Below are positions 49,956 to 60,851 of a DNA stretch of 64,000 nt, piece by piece (position 1 is the stretch's first letter; every line of letters starts with the position of its first letter). The translations under genes and the position numbers were made by a program. The notes beneath the pieces were generated by a model. It was given only the letters and a program-made list of their open reading frames with translations. It did not search any database and was not told where the DNA came from. This DNA is from Candidatus Eiseniibacteriota bacterium (GTDB lineage: Bacteria > Eisenbacteria > RBG-16-71-46): assembly GCA_963725865.1 (NCBI GenBank), contig CAVSAC010000012.1, forward strand, positions 288,001-352,000. Direction: 5' to 3'.

Positions 49956-52900
49956 CTACGGTACGCGGACGCGGAAGCTCACGCTGCCGCTGCCGCCGGG
50001 GGCGAGCGTGCCGGCGAGCGTCCACACCACGTCGCCGGTCGCGCCGGCGCCCGGCTGCTGCGTGAGCGCACAGCCGGTCAGGCCGGCCCCGAGCGCGGCG
50101 CAGGCCGCCGAGTCGAACACCGTCCACGGCGGGGTGGCGTCGCGGATCACGATCCCCGAGATCGACTGCCCGCCCGGGTTGGTGTACGTGATGGTGTAGG
50201 TCAGCGTGCCGCCGGGTGCCACGTTCGCCACGTCCACGCGCTTCGCCAGCAGGAGCCCGTTGCCGGGCGCGATCGTGGTCACGTCGGACAGCGCATTGCT
50301 CGCGGCCAGCGGCGGCGTGGCGTTCACGTACGCGTAGCTCGCAGTGAGCGTGGCGGTCTCGGCGGCGCCCGCCGCCGCGCCCGCCGGCGTCGCGTGGCGC
50401 GCGATCACGCACAGCGACTGTCCCGCCGAGAGCGCGACAACCGCGGGCAGCGGCGGCTCGCCGGCGTCGAGCACGCCGTTGCAGTCGAGGTCGCGGTAGA
50501 GCGTCACGCTCCAGCCCGGCTGCGCGGGCACCGGCGCCTCGGCGATTCCGATGCTCACGGCGCCCGCGCTGCCGGCGGTGAACCGGTGCGGATACACGGC
50601 CACGCCGCCGGCGGCGATGGTGCGCGCGAGCGGCGGGATCCAGGTGTTCAGCGGCACGTCGCCGAACGCCACGCCGGTGTACGTCACGCCGGCGGCCGCG
50701 GCGAACGTGACGTCGTCGCTGGAGCGCGCGTAGGCGCCCGCGGTGGTGCCGCTCTGCCCGCCGGTCGAGAGCCAGCCGCTCGGATCCACCTCGGCCACGC
50801 GGGCGCTCGCGCCGGTGGCCGCGAATGGCAGCCAGAGCCGGAACGCGCCGGTCGCGTCGGTGGTGACGCTGTCGCACAGCCCGCCCGCGCACGCCGCGGC
50901 CAGCAGCCGCACGCGCGCCGCGCCCACGCCCGCCTCGGCGCCCTGCCGCGCGCCGTCGTTCGCGGTCGCGGCGCCGGCGCCGTCGTCGCGGAACACCACG
51001 CCGTCCACGCGGCTGCCGTGCCACAGCCCGAAGTCGAGTCCGTTCTGATCGGTCGCCGCCACCACCACGCCGGGGATCACGCCGCTCGCGGCCTCGGTGC
51101 CGATCCAGCCCGCCGGCCGTCCCGCCACGATGTCGTCGGGATCCGCGCTGTCGTCGAGCACCACGTCGTAGGTGGCGGTGTTGACGAACGTGAACGCGTA
51201 GGCGCCCGTCGCGAGGTCGACGCCCGCGACCTGCTGGGCGCCGGTGAAGCCGCTCGGCACCAGCTTGGCCCACAGCGCGGCACCGGTGCCGTTCTCGCCG
51301 GCGTCGCGCTGGTCGTTGTGATCGCGATCGTCGTACGCGGTGCCGCGCACCGTCACGCCGGTGCTCACCACCACGCGCCCGGAGAACTCCGAGGTGCCGC
51401 TGGCGGCGATCGTGGCGGTCGCGGTCAGCGTGGTGCCGGCGGCCACCCCCGGCGGCGCCGCCCCGGTGAAGCGGAAGCGAGCGGTGTTGTCGCTGCCCTG
51501 GCCGAGTCCGTTCACGAGGCCGGAGTAGCTGCTGCTCCCGGCGTCGAGGTCGGAGCCCGAGCCCTCGACGAACGTCGCCACGTAGGTGCGGCCCTCGCCG
51601 AAGCCGCTCGCGTCGAGCGCCGCGACGAACAGCTCGATCGTCGAGCCCGGGCGCGCCCAGCCCTGGAGCGTGAACTGCCCGTTCGAGAGCACCGCGCTCT
51701 GGAGCACCGGGAAGTTCAGCAGCGCGTCGCCGCCGGCGTCGCCGTCGCCCGCGTCGTTGAGCGTGGTGTAGGGCGCGGTTCCGCGCGCGGCGTCGTCGCC
51801 GGCGGCGAGCAGGTCGATGCCGATCTGGTTGGTGATGCCGCTGCCGCCCGCGATCGTGCCGTTGCCCGAGATGCGGTTGCGCGTGATCACGTTGGCTCCC
51901 GCGGCCGCGGTCACCATCACGCCGGCGCCCACGTTGTCCTCGAGCGCGCAGAGCGCCACGCGGCTGCCGGCGCCGCCCAGGCGGATGCCCGCGTTCGGCA
52001 CGCCCGCCACCGAGGCGAGCCCGCTGCGCCGCACCGTCAGCGAGTCGAACAGCCCGCTGCCGGAGCCGGTGGCGGCGTCGATGCCGGCACCGGGGTGCTC
52101 GATCACCAGCGATTGCGCCAGCCGCAGCCCGGCGCTCGATTCCACGCTGACCCCCGCGCGGGCGCTGGCGAGCAGCGCGTTCGAGCGGAACTCGGTGCGC
52201 GTCACGTTCCAGCCGTTCGAGCCCGCCGTCAGGGCGAGGCCGTTGCCGGCGGCGAAGCCGATCAGGCACGAGTCGATCACGCCGCCGTCGCCGCCCAGCG
52301 CGCGCACGTGGTCGCCACCGGAGCGCAGGCCGCCCGGATCGGCGAACGCGGCCGCGGTGGTGCCGATCGTGCAGCGCTCGAGCCGCGCGCCGTTGGCGGT
52401 GGCGCCGACGCGCACGTCGGCGTGGGCGTCGTTTCCGACCACGTTGCCGAAGCCGGTGATCGCGAGTGATCGCAGCGTGAGGTTGGCGCCGGCGAGATCG
52501 AAGCCGATCGCCAGGCTCGCGCCGTCGCGCACCTCCACCTCGGGCGCGGCGAGCGTCGGCAGCGGCAGGTCCTGCGCGCCGACCACGCCGCCGGTGCCGA
52601 GCTGGCCCGCGTCGGTGTCGCCCACGTCGCGGGTCTGCGTGCCGCCGTCCACGCGCGTGGCGGCGTCGCCGAGCGCGGGCAGCGCGCTGGCGAGCGTGAC
52701 GCGCACGACGCCCGCCGTGAGCAGGTTCGCGAGCCCGGCGCGCAGGCCCGGGTGGGCGAGGCCGTCGCTGACCATGAACACGCTGGTCTCGAAGCCGGCG
52801 GGCAGCCCGGCCTGGGCGAGCCCGGCGTTGCCGAGCGCGTTGGCGTTGATCACGAACTGCCGCAGCGAGCCCGGCCCGGCGTCGTTGGCGTTCACGACCA

Positions 52901-54872
52901 CGTCGAAGCAGAAGCCGAAGTCGAGGTCCGCCACGTCGACGGTGCCGAGCGTGACCGGCGTCAGCGACTGCGGCGTCGCCGCCGCCGTGGTGAGCGAGGC
53001 GAGCGCGGCAGACGTCAGGTTGGCCGCGGCGTCGGGCAGCGCTGGCGTCTCACCGCCGATCCGGTCCGCGTCGGCGACCGCGGTGCCGGAGGCGCCGACG
53101 GTGCGGAACGTCTGCACCGCGAGCAGTCCCGCCGTCGCGCCGCTCCGCCCCGAGGTCACGGTGGCGTTGACCACGCGCACGGTGTAGTTGCCGGCCGGCC
53201 AGCCGTCGAACAGGTAGACCCCGGCCGCGTCGGTGGTGTCAGCGTCGAGAAACGCGCCGGTGGCGCCGTACAGCTCCACGCGCGCGCCCGGCCGCACCGC
53301 GCCGCCGCTGGCGGCCAGCGAGCGGCCGCTGCCGCCGCCGTAGTTCGGATCCTCGAACACCTTGCCCGTCATCCGCGCCGCCGCCACGGTGACGGTCGTC
53401 GGCTGCGCGCCTCCGGACACGGCGTTGCCGTCGCTGCGCCCGCTCAGCGCGGCGCCGGTCTGGGAGCCGACGTACGTGATGCCCGCCTGGTTGCTCACCA
53501 CGGAGCCGTTCGGCGCCGGCACGCCCACCGTGACGCGGAAGCGCACGACGGTGGAGTCGTTCACGTTGATCTGGCCGCCCACCGCGGCGTTGGCGCCGGT
53601 GCCGACCCGCGCGACCACCGTGCGCGAGGCCGCCACGTACTCCATCTGGTCGTCGCCCGCGGCGTCGGTCTTGGCGCCGGCGTTGGCTCCGCTCACCACG
53701 CTGAGCGACCCGCCCACGTAGGTGACGTTGGCGGGCAGGGTGTCGCGCATCGTGGTCTGGGTGGCGTTGTCCTGCCCGACGTTGCGCATCACCAGCGTGT
53801 ACTCGAGCGCCTCGCCGGGACGCACCGGTCCGCCGTTCAGATCCACCACGCGCTTCTGGAAGCTGTCGCCGTCGATCACCGGGGCGTACAGGTCGGTGGC
53901 GAACGACACCGCGCCCGGGTAGTAGGTGTCGCCGTTCGAGGTGAGCTGGATCGTGGCGGTCGTGGCGTTGTTCGCGAGCCGGCCGTCGGCGTTGACCAGG
54001 TCGATGTCGAAGCCGAGCTGGTTGAGGTAGTCGGGATTCTTGGTCGTGACGGTGGTGTCGAAGCGGCTGATCGAGCTGTTGAAGAAGTTGGTCGCCGGGT
54101 TGCGGGTGTTCGAGAGCGCGACGCCGTTCAGGTTGAACGCGTCGCCGGTGAGTCCGAGGTCGCCTTCGTGCGCGATCACGCCGAGCCGGGTCTGCACCAG
54201 TCCGGCCGGCGGGGTGACGAAGCCGCTCACGGTCATCGTGATCGGCGCGCCGCTGAAGACCTGTCCGAAGCCGTCGAACACGACCAGGTTGCGCATCGGC
54301 AGCTGGGGCAGCTGGTACACCACCACCAGCCCCCAGCCGGCGAACACGTTCGCGGTATTCGGAGTCGAGCGCACGTTGGCGACGCGGTAGGTGCCGTTGC
54401 CGCCGGCGCGGACCTGGTTGCTGACGTCGGCGATGCCCTGGTACACGGTTCCGATGTTGTCGAGCCGCGCGGCGGTGATGGTGGCGTAGCCGGCGACCGG
54501 GGTCGCCAGCAAGCAGGTGTTGCGGCCGGCGTTGTTCGAATCGCCGCCCCAGTAGAGCCCGGCCCACAGCACGGTGGCGCCCGCGGGCAGCGCCAGGTCG
54601 GCGGTGCTCGAGCTGAACGTGGTCGCGTCGCCGTCCACGTCCACGTACACCATGCTGAAGTCGTTGTCGTTGATGCTGGCGCCGAGCCCGAGGCGGCCGC
54701 TGGCGCAGGTGCCGCTGCCGTTGCACGACATCAGCGTGTTGCCGATCATCGTGATGTCGCCGGTCGCGCTGGTCGTGAAGCGCGGCGTGAACGCGCGCAC
54801 GATCTGCGCCCGCGCGGGCACCGCGAGCGCGAGCGCGGAGACCGCCAGCAGGGCCGCGAGCCACCGCCTCAT
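49956..54872 (-). CDS. Large secreted adhesin-like protein: N-terminal head, DUF11, SdrD-B-like domains, beta-helix, C-terminal truncated DUF11
   Basis: Signal MRRWLAALLAVSALALAVPARA; ATGA overlap with the upstream stop; DUF11 motifs PGEALEYTL..N.G...RDTLP; DAGPGSLRQ; G.V..D.D...G.D.GE repeats. Confidence 0.85.
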   Translation of the reverse strand: MRRWLAALLAVSALALAVPARAQIVRAFTPRFTTSATGDITMIGNTLMSCNGSGTCASGRLGLGASINDNDFSMVYVDVDGDATTFSSSTADLALPAGATVLWAGLYWGGDSNNAGRNTCLLATPVAGYATITAARLDNIGTVYQGIADVSNQVRAGGNGTYRVANVRSTPNTANVFAGWGLVVVYQLPQLPMRNLVVFDGFGQVFSGAPITMTVSGFVTPPAGLVQTRLGVIAHEGDLGLTGDAFNLNGVALSNTRNPATNFFNSSISRFDTTVTTKNPDYLNQLGFDIDLVNADGRLANNATTATIQLTSNGDTYYPGAVSFATDLYAPVIDGDSFQKRVVDLNGGPVRPGEALEYTLVMRNVGQDNATQTTMRDTLPANVTYVGGSLSVVSGANAGAKTDAAGDDQMEYVAASRTVVARVGTGANAAVGGQINVNDSTVVRFRVTVGVPAPNGSVVSNQAGITYVGSQTGAALSGRSDGNAVSGGAQPTTVTVAAARMTGKVFEDPNYGGGSGRSLAASGGAVRPGARVELYGATGAFLDADTTDAAGVYLFDGWPAGNYTVRVVNATVTSGRSGATAGLLAVQTFRTVGASGTAVADADRIGGETPALPDAAANLTSAALASLTTAAATPQSLTPVTLGTVDVADLDFGFCFDVVVNANDAGPGSLRQFVINANALGNAGLAQAGLPAGFETSVFMVSDGLAHPGLRAGLANLLTAGVVRVTLASALPALGDAATRVDGGTQTRDVGDTDAGQLGTGGVVGAQDLPLPTLAAPEVEVRDGASLAIGFDLAGANLTLRSLAITGFGNVVGNDAHADVRVGATANGARLERCTIGTTAAAFADPGGLRSGGDHVRALGGDGGVIDSCLIGFAAGNGLALTAGSNGWNVTRTEFRSNALLASARAGVSVESSAGLRLAQSLVIEHPGAGIDAATGSGSGLFDSLTVRRSGLASVAGVPNAGIRLGGAGSRVALCALEDNVGAGVMVTAAAGANVITRNRISGNGTIAGGSGITNQIGIDLLAAGDDAARGTAPYTTLNDAGDGDAGGDALLNFPVLQSAVLSNGQFTLQGWARPGSTIELFVAALDASGFGEGRTYVATFVEGSGSDLDAGSSSYSGLVNGLGQGSDNTARFRFTGAAPPGVAAGTTLTATATIAASGTSEFSGRVVVSTGVTVRGTAYDDRDHNDQRDAGENGTGAALWAKLVPSGFTGAQQVAGVDLATGAYAFTFVNTATYDVVLDDSADPDDIVAGRPAGWIGTEAASGVIPGVVVAATDQNGLDFGLWHGSRVDGVVFRDDGAGAATANDGARQGAEAGVGAARVRLLAAACAGGLCDSVTTDATGAFRLWLPFAATGASARVAEVDPSGWLSTGGQSGTTAGAYARSSDDVTFAAAAGVTYTGVAFGDVPLNTWIPPLARTIAAGGVAVYPHRFTAGSAGAVSIGIAEAPVPAQPGWSVTLYRDLDCNGVLDAGEPPLPAVVALSAGQSLCVIARHATPAGAAAGAAETATLTASYAYVNATPPLAASNALSDVTTIAPGNGLLLAKRVDVANVAPGGTLTYTITYTNPGGQSISGIVIRDATPPWTVFDSAACAALGAGLTGCALTQQPGAGATGDVVWTLAGTLAPGGSGSVSFRVRVP

Positions 54873-57800
54873 CGCCGGCCTCCCGCGCGCCGCAGCGTGC
54901 TCTCGTCGAGCTTCATGCGCAGGCGCAGGTAGCCGCCCTCGCGCGTCCACTCCTGGTCGGTCAGCTCGTCGTCGCGGTAGCCGAACTGGTTGAAGCCGAG
55001 CGTCAGCCACACGCCCATCGGCAGCTGCTTGCCGAGCTCGGCGCCGAGGCCCCAGCGGCGCTGGTCCCAGCGGCTGCCGGTCAGCACGCTGGCCGACCAG
55101 CCGACGTCCCAGCCGCGCGCCAGGTCGCGCGTGGCGCGCGCGCGCGCCCACTGGCCGCCGCCGCTCGTGGTGGCGACGAACGACTCCTCGCGCGTGAGCT
55201 TGCCGGCCCACGCGACCGACATCACGTCGTGCTCGCTCACCTGGCCGTCGGCGTTGATCGACACGATGCCGGCGACGCGGCGCCCGCGCGGATCGGGATC
55301 GCCCGCGTCGAGCGCGGTGGGCGAGAGGGCGGCGGCGCCGCGGTCGTAGCGGCCTTCCCAGCGCGCCAGGCCTTCCCACGCGCCGCCGGGGCGCCAGGCG
55401 AGCCCCACCTGCAGCCGCGCCCGCGCCTCGCCCGCGGCGTCGGCCGCGTGCGCCTCGGTCACGCTCAGCGCGTAGCGGAACAGTCCGGTCCACGCGCTAT
55501 CCAGCTCCACCGCGGTGCCGAGCGTCTGCAGCAGCTGGGTGTCGGAGCGGTTCGCGCGCACCTCGATGCGCGAGGAGCCCTTCCAGCCCCCTTCGCCGGT
55601 GAAGTCCACCGAGAGCGCCGCGGCCGTGGTGGCGCCCGTCGTGGGGTGGCCCTCGCCGAGCGGGCTCACGCGCTCGAACGAGGTGCCGAGCCGCGTGTCC
55701 GGAGCCACCTGCCAGCCGTTGCGCAGGCCGACCGCGGCCTGCGCCTCGCGCCCGGCCAGCACGTCGGCCAGGCGGTACTCCCCGAACACGTGCTGGTCGC
55801 GGCGCACGTCGGCGTCGAGCCCCACCACGGTCGCCAGCCGCTGCTGCGCGCCGTTGAGGTCGAAGTTGCCGCCGAGGCTCGAGATCAGCTCGTGGCGCGC
55901 GTACAGGCGGCCGCGCTGCGCCACGCGATACTCGCTGCCCAGCGCGGCCATGCGCCGGTCGGCCTCGCGCACGTCCTGCTCCGCCTCGGCGTAGCTCGTC
56001 CACTCGGGATGTGCCGGCGGCTGCCAGCCCAGCCGCGTGCGCACCGCCGCCACCAGCGGATCCTCGCCGCCGGCGCGCGCGCTGCCGTCCGAGACGCGCA
56101 CGCCGAGCTGCCCGCGCCAGGCGTCGTTCAGCGCGCGCTCGAGCGCCAGCAGGCCGCCGCCGCGCCGGTCGCTCCCGGCGGCGTCCCCGCTGTACGACGC
56201 CTCGGCAGTCATCCGCGTGCGCTCGGCGAGCCGCGCGACCAGTTGCGCGCCGGCCTCGTCGCGCCCGCCGGCGAAGCCCGCGGACGGATTGTCGAAGCGG
56301 GTACCGGTCGAGGCGCCCCACACGTGCGCGTCCACGCCGCCCACCGCGTGCCGCAGGTCGAGCCGGCCGCCCTGGCCGGCGTCCTGGCCGAGCCGCTGGG
56401 TGAGCGCCCACTCGCCCTCGAGCAGGGTGTGCGGCGCCAGCTGGGCGCGGAACGACGCGCCGCGCAGCTCGCGCGGGGCGGTGGGATCGTGGTCGTCGAC
56501 CGCGGTGCCCGACAGCTCCAGCGCCGGGGTCGCCTTCCAGCGCGCGGTGCCGCCGTGCACCCAGAACGGATCGCCGGCCGGACCGCCATCCGAGGTGCGC
56601 ACCTCGTACGTGACGCGCACGAACACCGGATTGAGCGCCGCGTCGAGGCTCGGCACCGGCGCCCGGAACAGCAGCCGGCCGGTGAACGGCTCGACCTCGT
56701 AGTCGGTGAAGCGTTCGCGCGCCTCGCTGCTCAGCACCACGCTCGGGTGATCGCGGTCGCGCACGATCACCTCGACGCGCTCGGTGTTCTCCACGAGCGG
56801 GAAGGTGCCGAGCTGGTAGGGGCCCGAGATGCCGAGGCCCGGCAGCTCGTCGGTGCGGCTGCGCGTGCGGTCGCGGCTGGTGAACGCGTCGACCCGCAGC
56901 GCGCCCTCCTCCCAGTGGGTCTGCGCGCCGGAGAAGCTGCGGTTGTACGCCGCCAGCGCACGCGAGCCGCCGTCGGTGGGTGACCCGATGCCGCTGGTGA
57001 CGTAGTCGCCGTACATCAGCCAGGCGCCCGGGCGCTCGATCCGCGTGAACAGCCGGCCGGTGCTCTGCGCGTCGTAGCCCCGCACCGAGGCGTCGCCCAG
57101 CACCGCGTAGCCGGCGTCGGGCTGCAGGTCGCGGAAGCGCCGCGCGTCGCGCTCGCGATCCGAGTCGTAGCCGAGCGTCAGTGACCAGGGCCCCGACACT
57201 CGACCCTGCATGTACAACGCGCCGCGGGCGGCCGCGGTGGCGCGGCCGTCGCGGCTCGCGGCCGCGAACTGCTCGACCGGCGCCTCGAAGCGCGCCTCCC
57301 GCAGGTCGGCTGCGCCAGCGCGCTTCGAGAAGCCGTTCCAGCCGAGCACGCCCTCGAGCACGCCCACCGCGAGCACCCGGCGCAGCTCGGACGTGAACGG
57401 CACGTACGCCGCCGCGCGCAGCTCGCCGGTCTGCGCGGTGACGCGCGCGACTCCGGGAGCGGGCGGCGCCTCGATCGGCACGCGCGCGCGTCCGCCCTCG
57501 ACCGCGATCTGGATCCCCGCGGCGTCCGGGTCGAGATCGTCGAGGCGCACGCGCCCGAGCGAGCTCTCGATCGTCACCAGCGTGCGCGCGCCCACCGCCA
57601 CGCCGTGCGCGTCGAGCAGCGCCAGCGTGAGCTCGGCGGGCGTGAAGCCGTCGGCCGGCACGTCGCGGGGCGCGGACAGCAGGAGCGCCTCGAGGGGCCC
57701 GGGCGCGACCACGCGCACGGCGGCGCGAGCGAGCGAGCGGGCCGGCGCCACCTCGAGCAGGTTGATCCCGGGCCGCAGGTCGACGCCCAGGAACTCCAGC

Positions 57801-60679
57801 GCCTCGGTGCCCGACTCGGGCGCGATCACGCGCTGCGCCACCCGCGAGGCCGGCTCGAGCTCGCCATTCACGTACAGCTCGAGCTGGCTGCCGGCGCCGC
57901 CCTTGACGCGCACCGCGATCTGCGTGACCGCGACGGTGTCCAGATCGGCGAGGCCGAGGAAGCCGGGCTCGGCGTCGAGCCGCGGCACCAGCTGCTCGAG
58001 CGGCGCGGTCGCGAGCACGCTCGACGACAGCGCTGCGATCGGAGCCGCGGCCGCGCCGTCGGCCGCGCCGCCCGGCGGCGGGCTCGCGCCCGCGCCGTCC
58101 GTAGTCGCGCCGGTCATCGTGCCTGCCGCGGCGGCGGCGCCCGCGTCGCTCGGGAGTCCGCCGCCCTCGTCGGCGGACGCCAGCGCGCCCGCGGCCTCGA
58201 GCGCGGCCGGGCTGCCGGCCTCCGGCGCCGGCGACGAGCCCGCGCCCGCTTCGCTCGCGCCCGACGCGGCGCGGCGCGCCAACGGCAGGCCGTTCTCGCC
58301 GGTCAGCACGCGACTCGCGGGCAGCGCGTGCGGATCGGTGGTCGGCTGCTGCGGATGGAGCGGATCGGTTCCGCGCGCGAGCAGCCGATCGGTCTCGCCG
58401 CGGCGCGCGGCCACGCCGCGATCGCTGGCCTCGCGCAGCGTCGCGGTGTCGCCGAGCGCGGCGAAGTCGGCGCGCACCAGCTCGCCGCGCGTCAGGTCCA
58501 CGAAGCGCAGCCCCGGCTGATCGCCGGTGCGATGATCGAGCGCGATCAGCGTCGCCGCCGCCGGCACGGTGGCCGGATCGATCTTGAGCGCGTGGGTACG
58601 CGGCGCGACGCCGGTGAAGCTGTACCGGCCGCGCGCGTCGGTGACCGCCCAGGTGCCGTCGTCCAGCACCATCCGCACGCCCGCGAGTCCGGGCTCGCCG
58701 GCCGACAGCCGCCCGTCGCGGTCGAGATCGATGCCGACGGTGCCGAGGATGGTGCCTTCGTCCGCGAACACGCCGCCGCGCACGGTGACGCGCGCCACCG
58801 CCTCGTTCGAGCGCGTGCTGCCGCCGTCGGCCACCGCGCGGTTGAGCGCGTCGCCCAGCGAGGCGCCCGGGCCGATGTGCGCGCGGTAGGCGAGGGTCAC
58901 GGTGGCGCGCGACGCGAGCGCGCCGAGCGTGAACGTCAGCCGCCCGCCCGCGCGCGCCGGATCGGCCACCGCGACGCCGTCCACGCGCGCGCTGCCGCCC
59001 ACGTACGCGAATCCGCTCGGCAGCCCGTCGCGCACCACCAGCGTCGTCACCGTGCTGTCGGAGCGGTTCGCGACCCGCACCTGGTAGCCCACGTCGTCGC
59101 CGATCTCGGCCTCCGGCCGCGAGGCCGCTTTCTCCGCGAACAGCACGATCGGGTGCAGCGCGTCGACCGGCAGGTCGACGACCACCGGCGCGCCGACCTC
59201 GGTGACGGGGAACGGCTGGCCGAACGAGCCCGCCTGGTCGAGCACGTGACCGGGCGCCAGCGACGCCGGCGCCGCCAGCGACGGGAACCGGTAGGTCGCC
59301 GGCGGCAGCACCAGCAGGCGGTAGGTGCTCGGCGCGACCCACGGGAACTCGAACAGCCCCACCGCGTCGCTGGTGACGTCGGCGGACGCCGGCGTGACGC
59401 CGTCGGTCGCGTAGACTTGCGCGAGCTGGCCGGGCCGGCCGCCGTTGCCCGCGCCGGTGACGTCGATGAGCTGCACGCGCGCGCCACCCAGCGCCGCCCC
59501 GCTGCCCGCGTCGAACACTTCGCCCGCGGGATCCACCCACACGTTCGCGTCGGTGCGCGGCGCGCCCCAGCCGAACACCGTCGCGGAGATCTCCTCGCCG
59601 CGGCGCGACGACACCACGCCGTCACCGGCGAGCGCGGTGCCGCCCGGTGGCGGCGTGACCGCGGTGACGTACGGCACGATCCGGAACGTCCCGGTGTGCG
59701 GCCCGGTCTCGAGCGCGAGGAAGTCGTCGAGGTCCGCCGTCAGGCGGGTGGTGAGCCGGATCGTGATCGTGTCGATCTGGGCCGGCCGCAGGTCGGCCTG
59801 CGGCGCGGTGGCCTGCACGTACAACGGCGCGCCCAGGCTCGTGCGACGCGTGGTGCGCGTGAAGTCCGATGCGGTGTAGAACGCCACCGACGGCGGCGGC
59901 CCGAGCGCCGGCGTGGCCACCGTGTCGGTCACCGACGCCGTGGCTCCCTGCGCCTGCGAGGTCGCCGTGAGCGACACCCACGCCCGCGCCACGCCGGGGG
60001 CCGCGAGCGGCACCGTGCCGGTGACCAGCAGCGCCGCCGAGTCGCCCGCCGCCAGCGACACCGTGCCGCCGGGCGGCACCGGCGCGTCGGCCGCGCTCAC
60101 GGCGCCGTCGCGATCGAGGTCGCGGACGATCGCGAGCGCCGCGAGATCGAAGTCGTCGCCGCCCGCGTTCGCGAGGTCGAGCCGGTAGTCGCTCGGCGTG
60201 TTGCCGTCGTTGTGCAGCGTGTGCGGGAACACCACCGCGTCCCCGGGGCGGGCGGTCCACGCCGGGCCGGCCGTCAGGCGCAGCGCCTCGAGCGGCTGCA
60301 CCACCGCGCGCACCGGGTTCGACGCCGGCCGCAGCGTGACGGCGCGCGCGACATCGAACCCCGAGCCGGTCGCGGTGTTGTCGATCGGGGTACCGGCGAG
60401 CGGCCCGGCGACCGCGGGCGCGAACGCGAGCAGCGCGCCGAGCGCGGCGGGGGCCACGACCCGCGCGAGCGCGTACGCCGCCGCCTCGCGCGCGCGCGCG
60501 TAGATGGAAGCGCGCGCGAGGCGGGCGCCCGCCTCCGCGTACGCGCGACGGTCCGCGAGTCGAGCGAGCGTGCGGGCCCGCGGGCCGGAGCCGGGTGCGG
60601 GCGCTGGGAGTCCCTGCCGCCGCGCGCGGGAGCGCGCGGACGCGTCGTTCGGACGCCGGTGGCGAAGGGCCTCGATCAT
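54869..60679 (-). CDS. Large DUF11/SdrD-B protein with C-terminal outer-membrane beta-barrel-like region (start uncertain)
   Basis: Signal-like AALGALLAFAPAVA; complete DUF11 (EKAAS...RDGLP...LNRAVA); GTVGIDLDRDG; about 750 aa of amphipathic strands ending GYLRLRMKLDE. Confidence 0.82.
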   Translation of the reverse strand: MIEALRHRRPNDASARSRARRQGLPAPAPGSGPRARTLARLADRRAYAEAGARLARASIYARAREAAAYALARVVAPAALGALLAFAPAVAGPLAGTPIDNTATGSGFDVARAVTLRPASNPVRAVVQPLEALRLTAGPAWTARPGDAVVFPHTLHNDGNTPSDYRLDLANAGGDDFDLAALAIVRDLDRDGAVSAADAPVPPGGTVSLAAGDSAALLVTGTVPLAAPGVARAWVSLTATSQAQGATASVTDTVATPALGPPPSVAFYTASDFTRTTRRTSLGAPLYVQATAPQADLRPAQIDTITIRLTTRLTADLDDFLALETGPHTGTFRIVPYVTAVTPPPGGTALAGDGVVSSRRGEEISATVFGWGAPRTDANVWVDPAGEVFDAGSGAALGGARVQLIDVTGAGNGGRPGQLAQVYATDGVTPASADVTSDAVGLFEFPWVAPSTYRLLVLPPATYRFPSLAAPASLAPGHVLDQAGSFGQPFPVTEVGAPVVVDLPVDALHPIVLFAEKAASRPEAEIGDDVGYQVRVANRSDSTVTTLVVRDGLPSGFAYVGGSARVDGVAVADPARAGGRLTFTLGALASRATVTLAYRAHIGPGASLGDALNRAVADGGSTRSNEAVARVTVRGGVFADEGTILGTVGIDLDRDGRLSAGEPGLAGVRMVLDDGTWAVTDARGRYSFTGVAPRTHALKIDPATVPAAATLIALDHRTGDQPGLRFVDLTRGELVRADFAALGDTATLREASDRGVAARRGETDRLLARGTDPLHPQQPTTDPHALPASRVLTGENGLPLARRAASGASEAGAGSSPAPEAGSPAALEAAGALASADEGGGLPSDAGAAAAAGTMTGATTDGAGASPPPGGAADGAAAAPIAALSSSVLATAPLEQLVPRLDAEPGFLGLADLDTVAVTQIAVRVKGGAGSQLELYVNGELEPASRVAQRVIAPESGTEALEFLGVDLRPGINLLEVAPARSLARAAVRVVAPGPLEALLLSAPRDVPADGFTPAELTLALLDAHGVAVGARTLVTIESSLGRVRLDDLDPDAAGIQIAVEGGRARVPIEAPPAPGVARVTAQTGELRAAAYVPFTSELRRVLAVGVLEGVLGWNGFSKRAGAADLREARFEAPVEQFAAASRDGRATAAARGALYMQGRVSGPWSLTLGYDSDRERDARRFRDLQPDAGYAVLGDASVRGYDAQSTGRLFTRIERPGAWLMYGDYVTSGIGSPTDGGSRALAAYNRSFSGAQTHWEEGALRVDAFTSRDRTRSRTDELPGLGISGPYQLGTFPLVENTERVEVIVRDRDHPSVVLSSEARERFTDYEVEPFTGRLLFRAPVPSLDAALNPVFVRVTYEVRTSDGGPAGDPFWVHGGTARWKATPALELSGTAVDDHDPTAPRELRGASFRAQLAPHTLLEGEWALTQRLGQDAGQGGRLDLRHAVGGVDAHVWGASTGTRFDNPSAGFAGGRDEAGAQLVARLAERTRMTAEASYSGDAAGSDRRGGGLLALERALNDAWRGQLGVRVSDGSARAGGEDPLVAAVRTRLGWQPPAHPEWTSYAEAEQDVREADRRMAALGSEYRVAQRGRLYARHELISSLGGNFDLNGAQQRLATVVGLDADVRRDQHVFGEYRLADVLAGREAQAAVGLRNGWQVAPDTRLGTSFERVSPLGEGHPTTGATTAAALSVDFTGEGGWKGSSRIEVRANRSDTQLLQTLGTAVELDSAWTGLFRYALSVTEAHAADAAGEARARLQVGLAWRPGGAWEGLARWEGRYDRGAAALSPTALDAGDPDPRGRRVAGIVSINADGQVSEHDVMSVAWAGKLTREESFVATTSGGGQWARARATRDLARGWDVGWSASVLTGSRWDQRRWGLGAELGKQLPMGVWLTLGFNQFGYRDDELTDQEWTREGGYLRLRMKLDESTLRRAGGRR

Positions 60680-60851
60680 GGTCGTGGAACCCGTCGCCCC
60701 GCAGTCGCCGGCGTCCCCCGACCAGGGACGGGGGAGCACCGGCTCAGCGGAGCGTGATGAGTGCGACGGCGGGCGAATGCGAACGACTCGCATCCACCCG
60801 CGCGCCGCGCAGGCGGAGGCGGGGATCCGTCCCCGCCTCCGCGCGGCTGTG

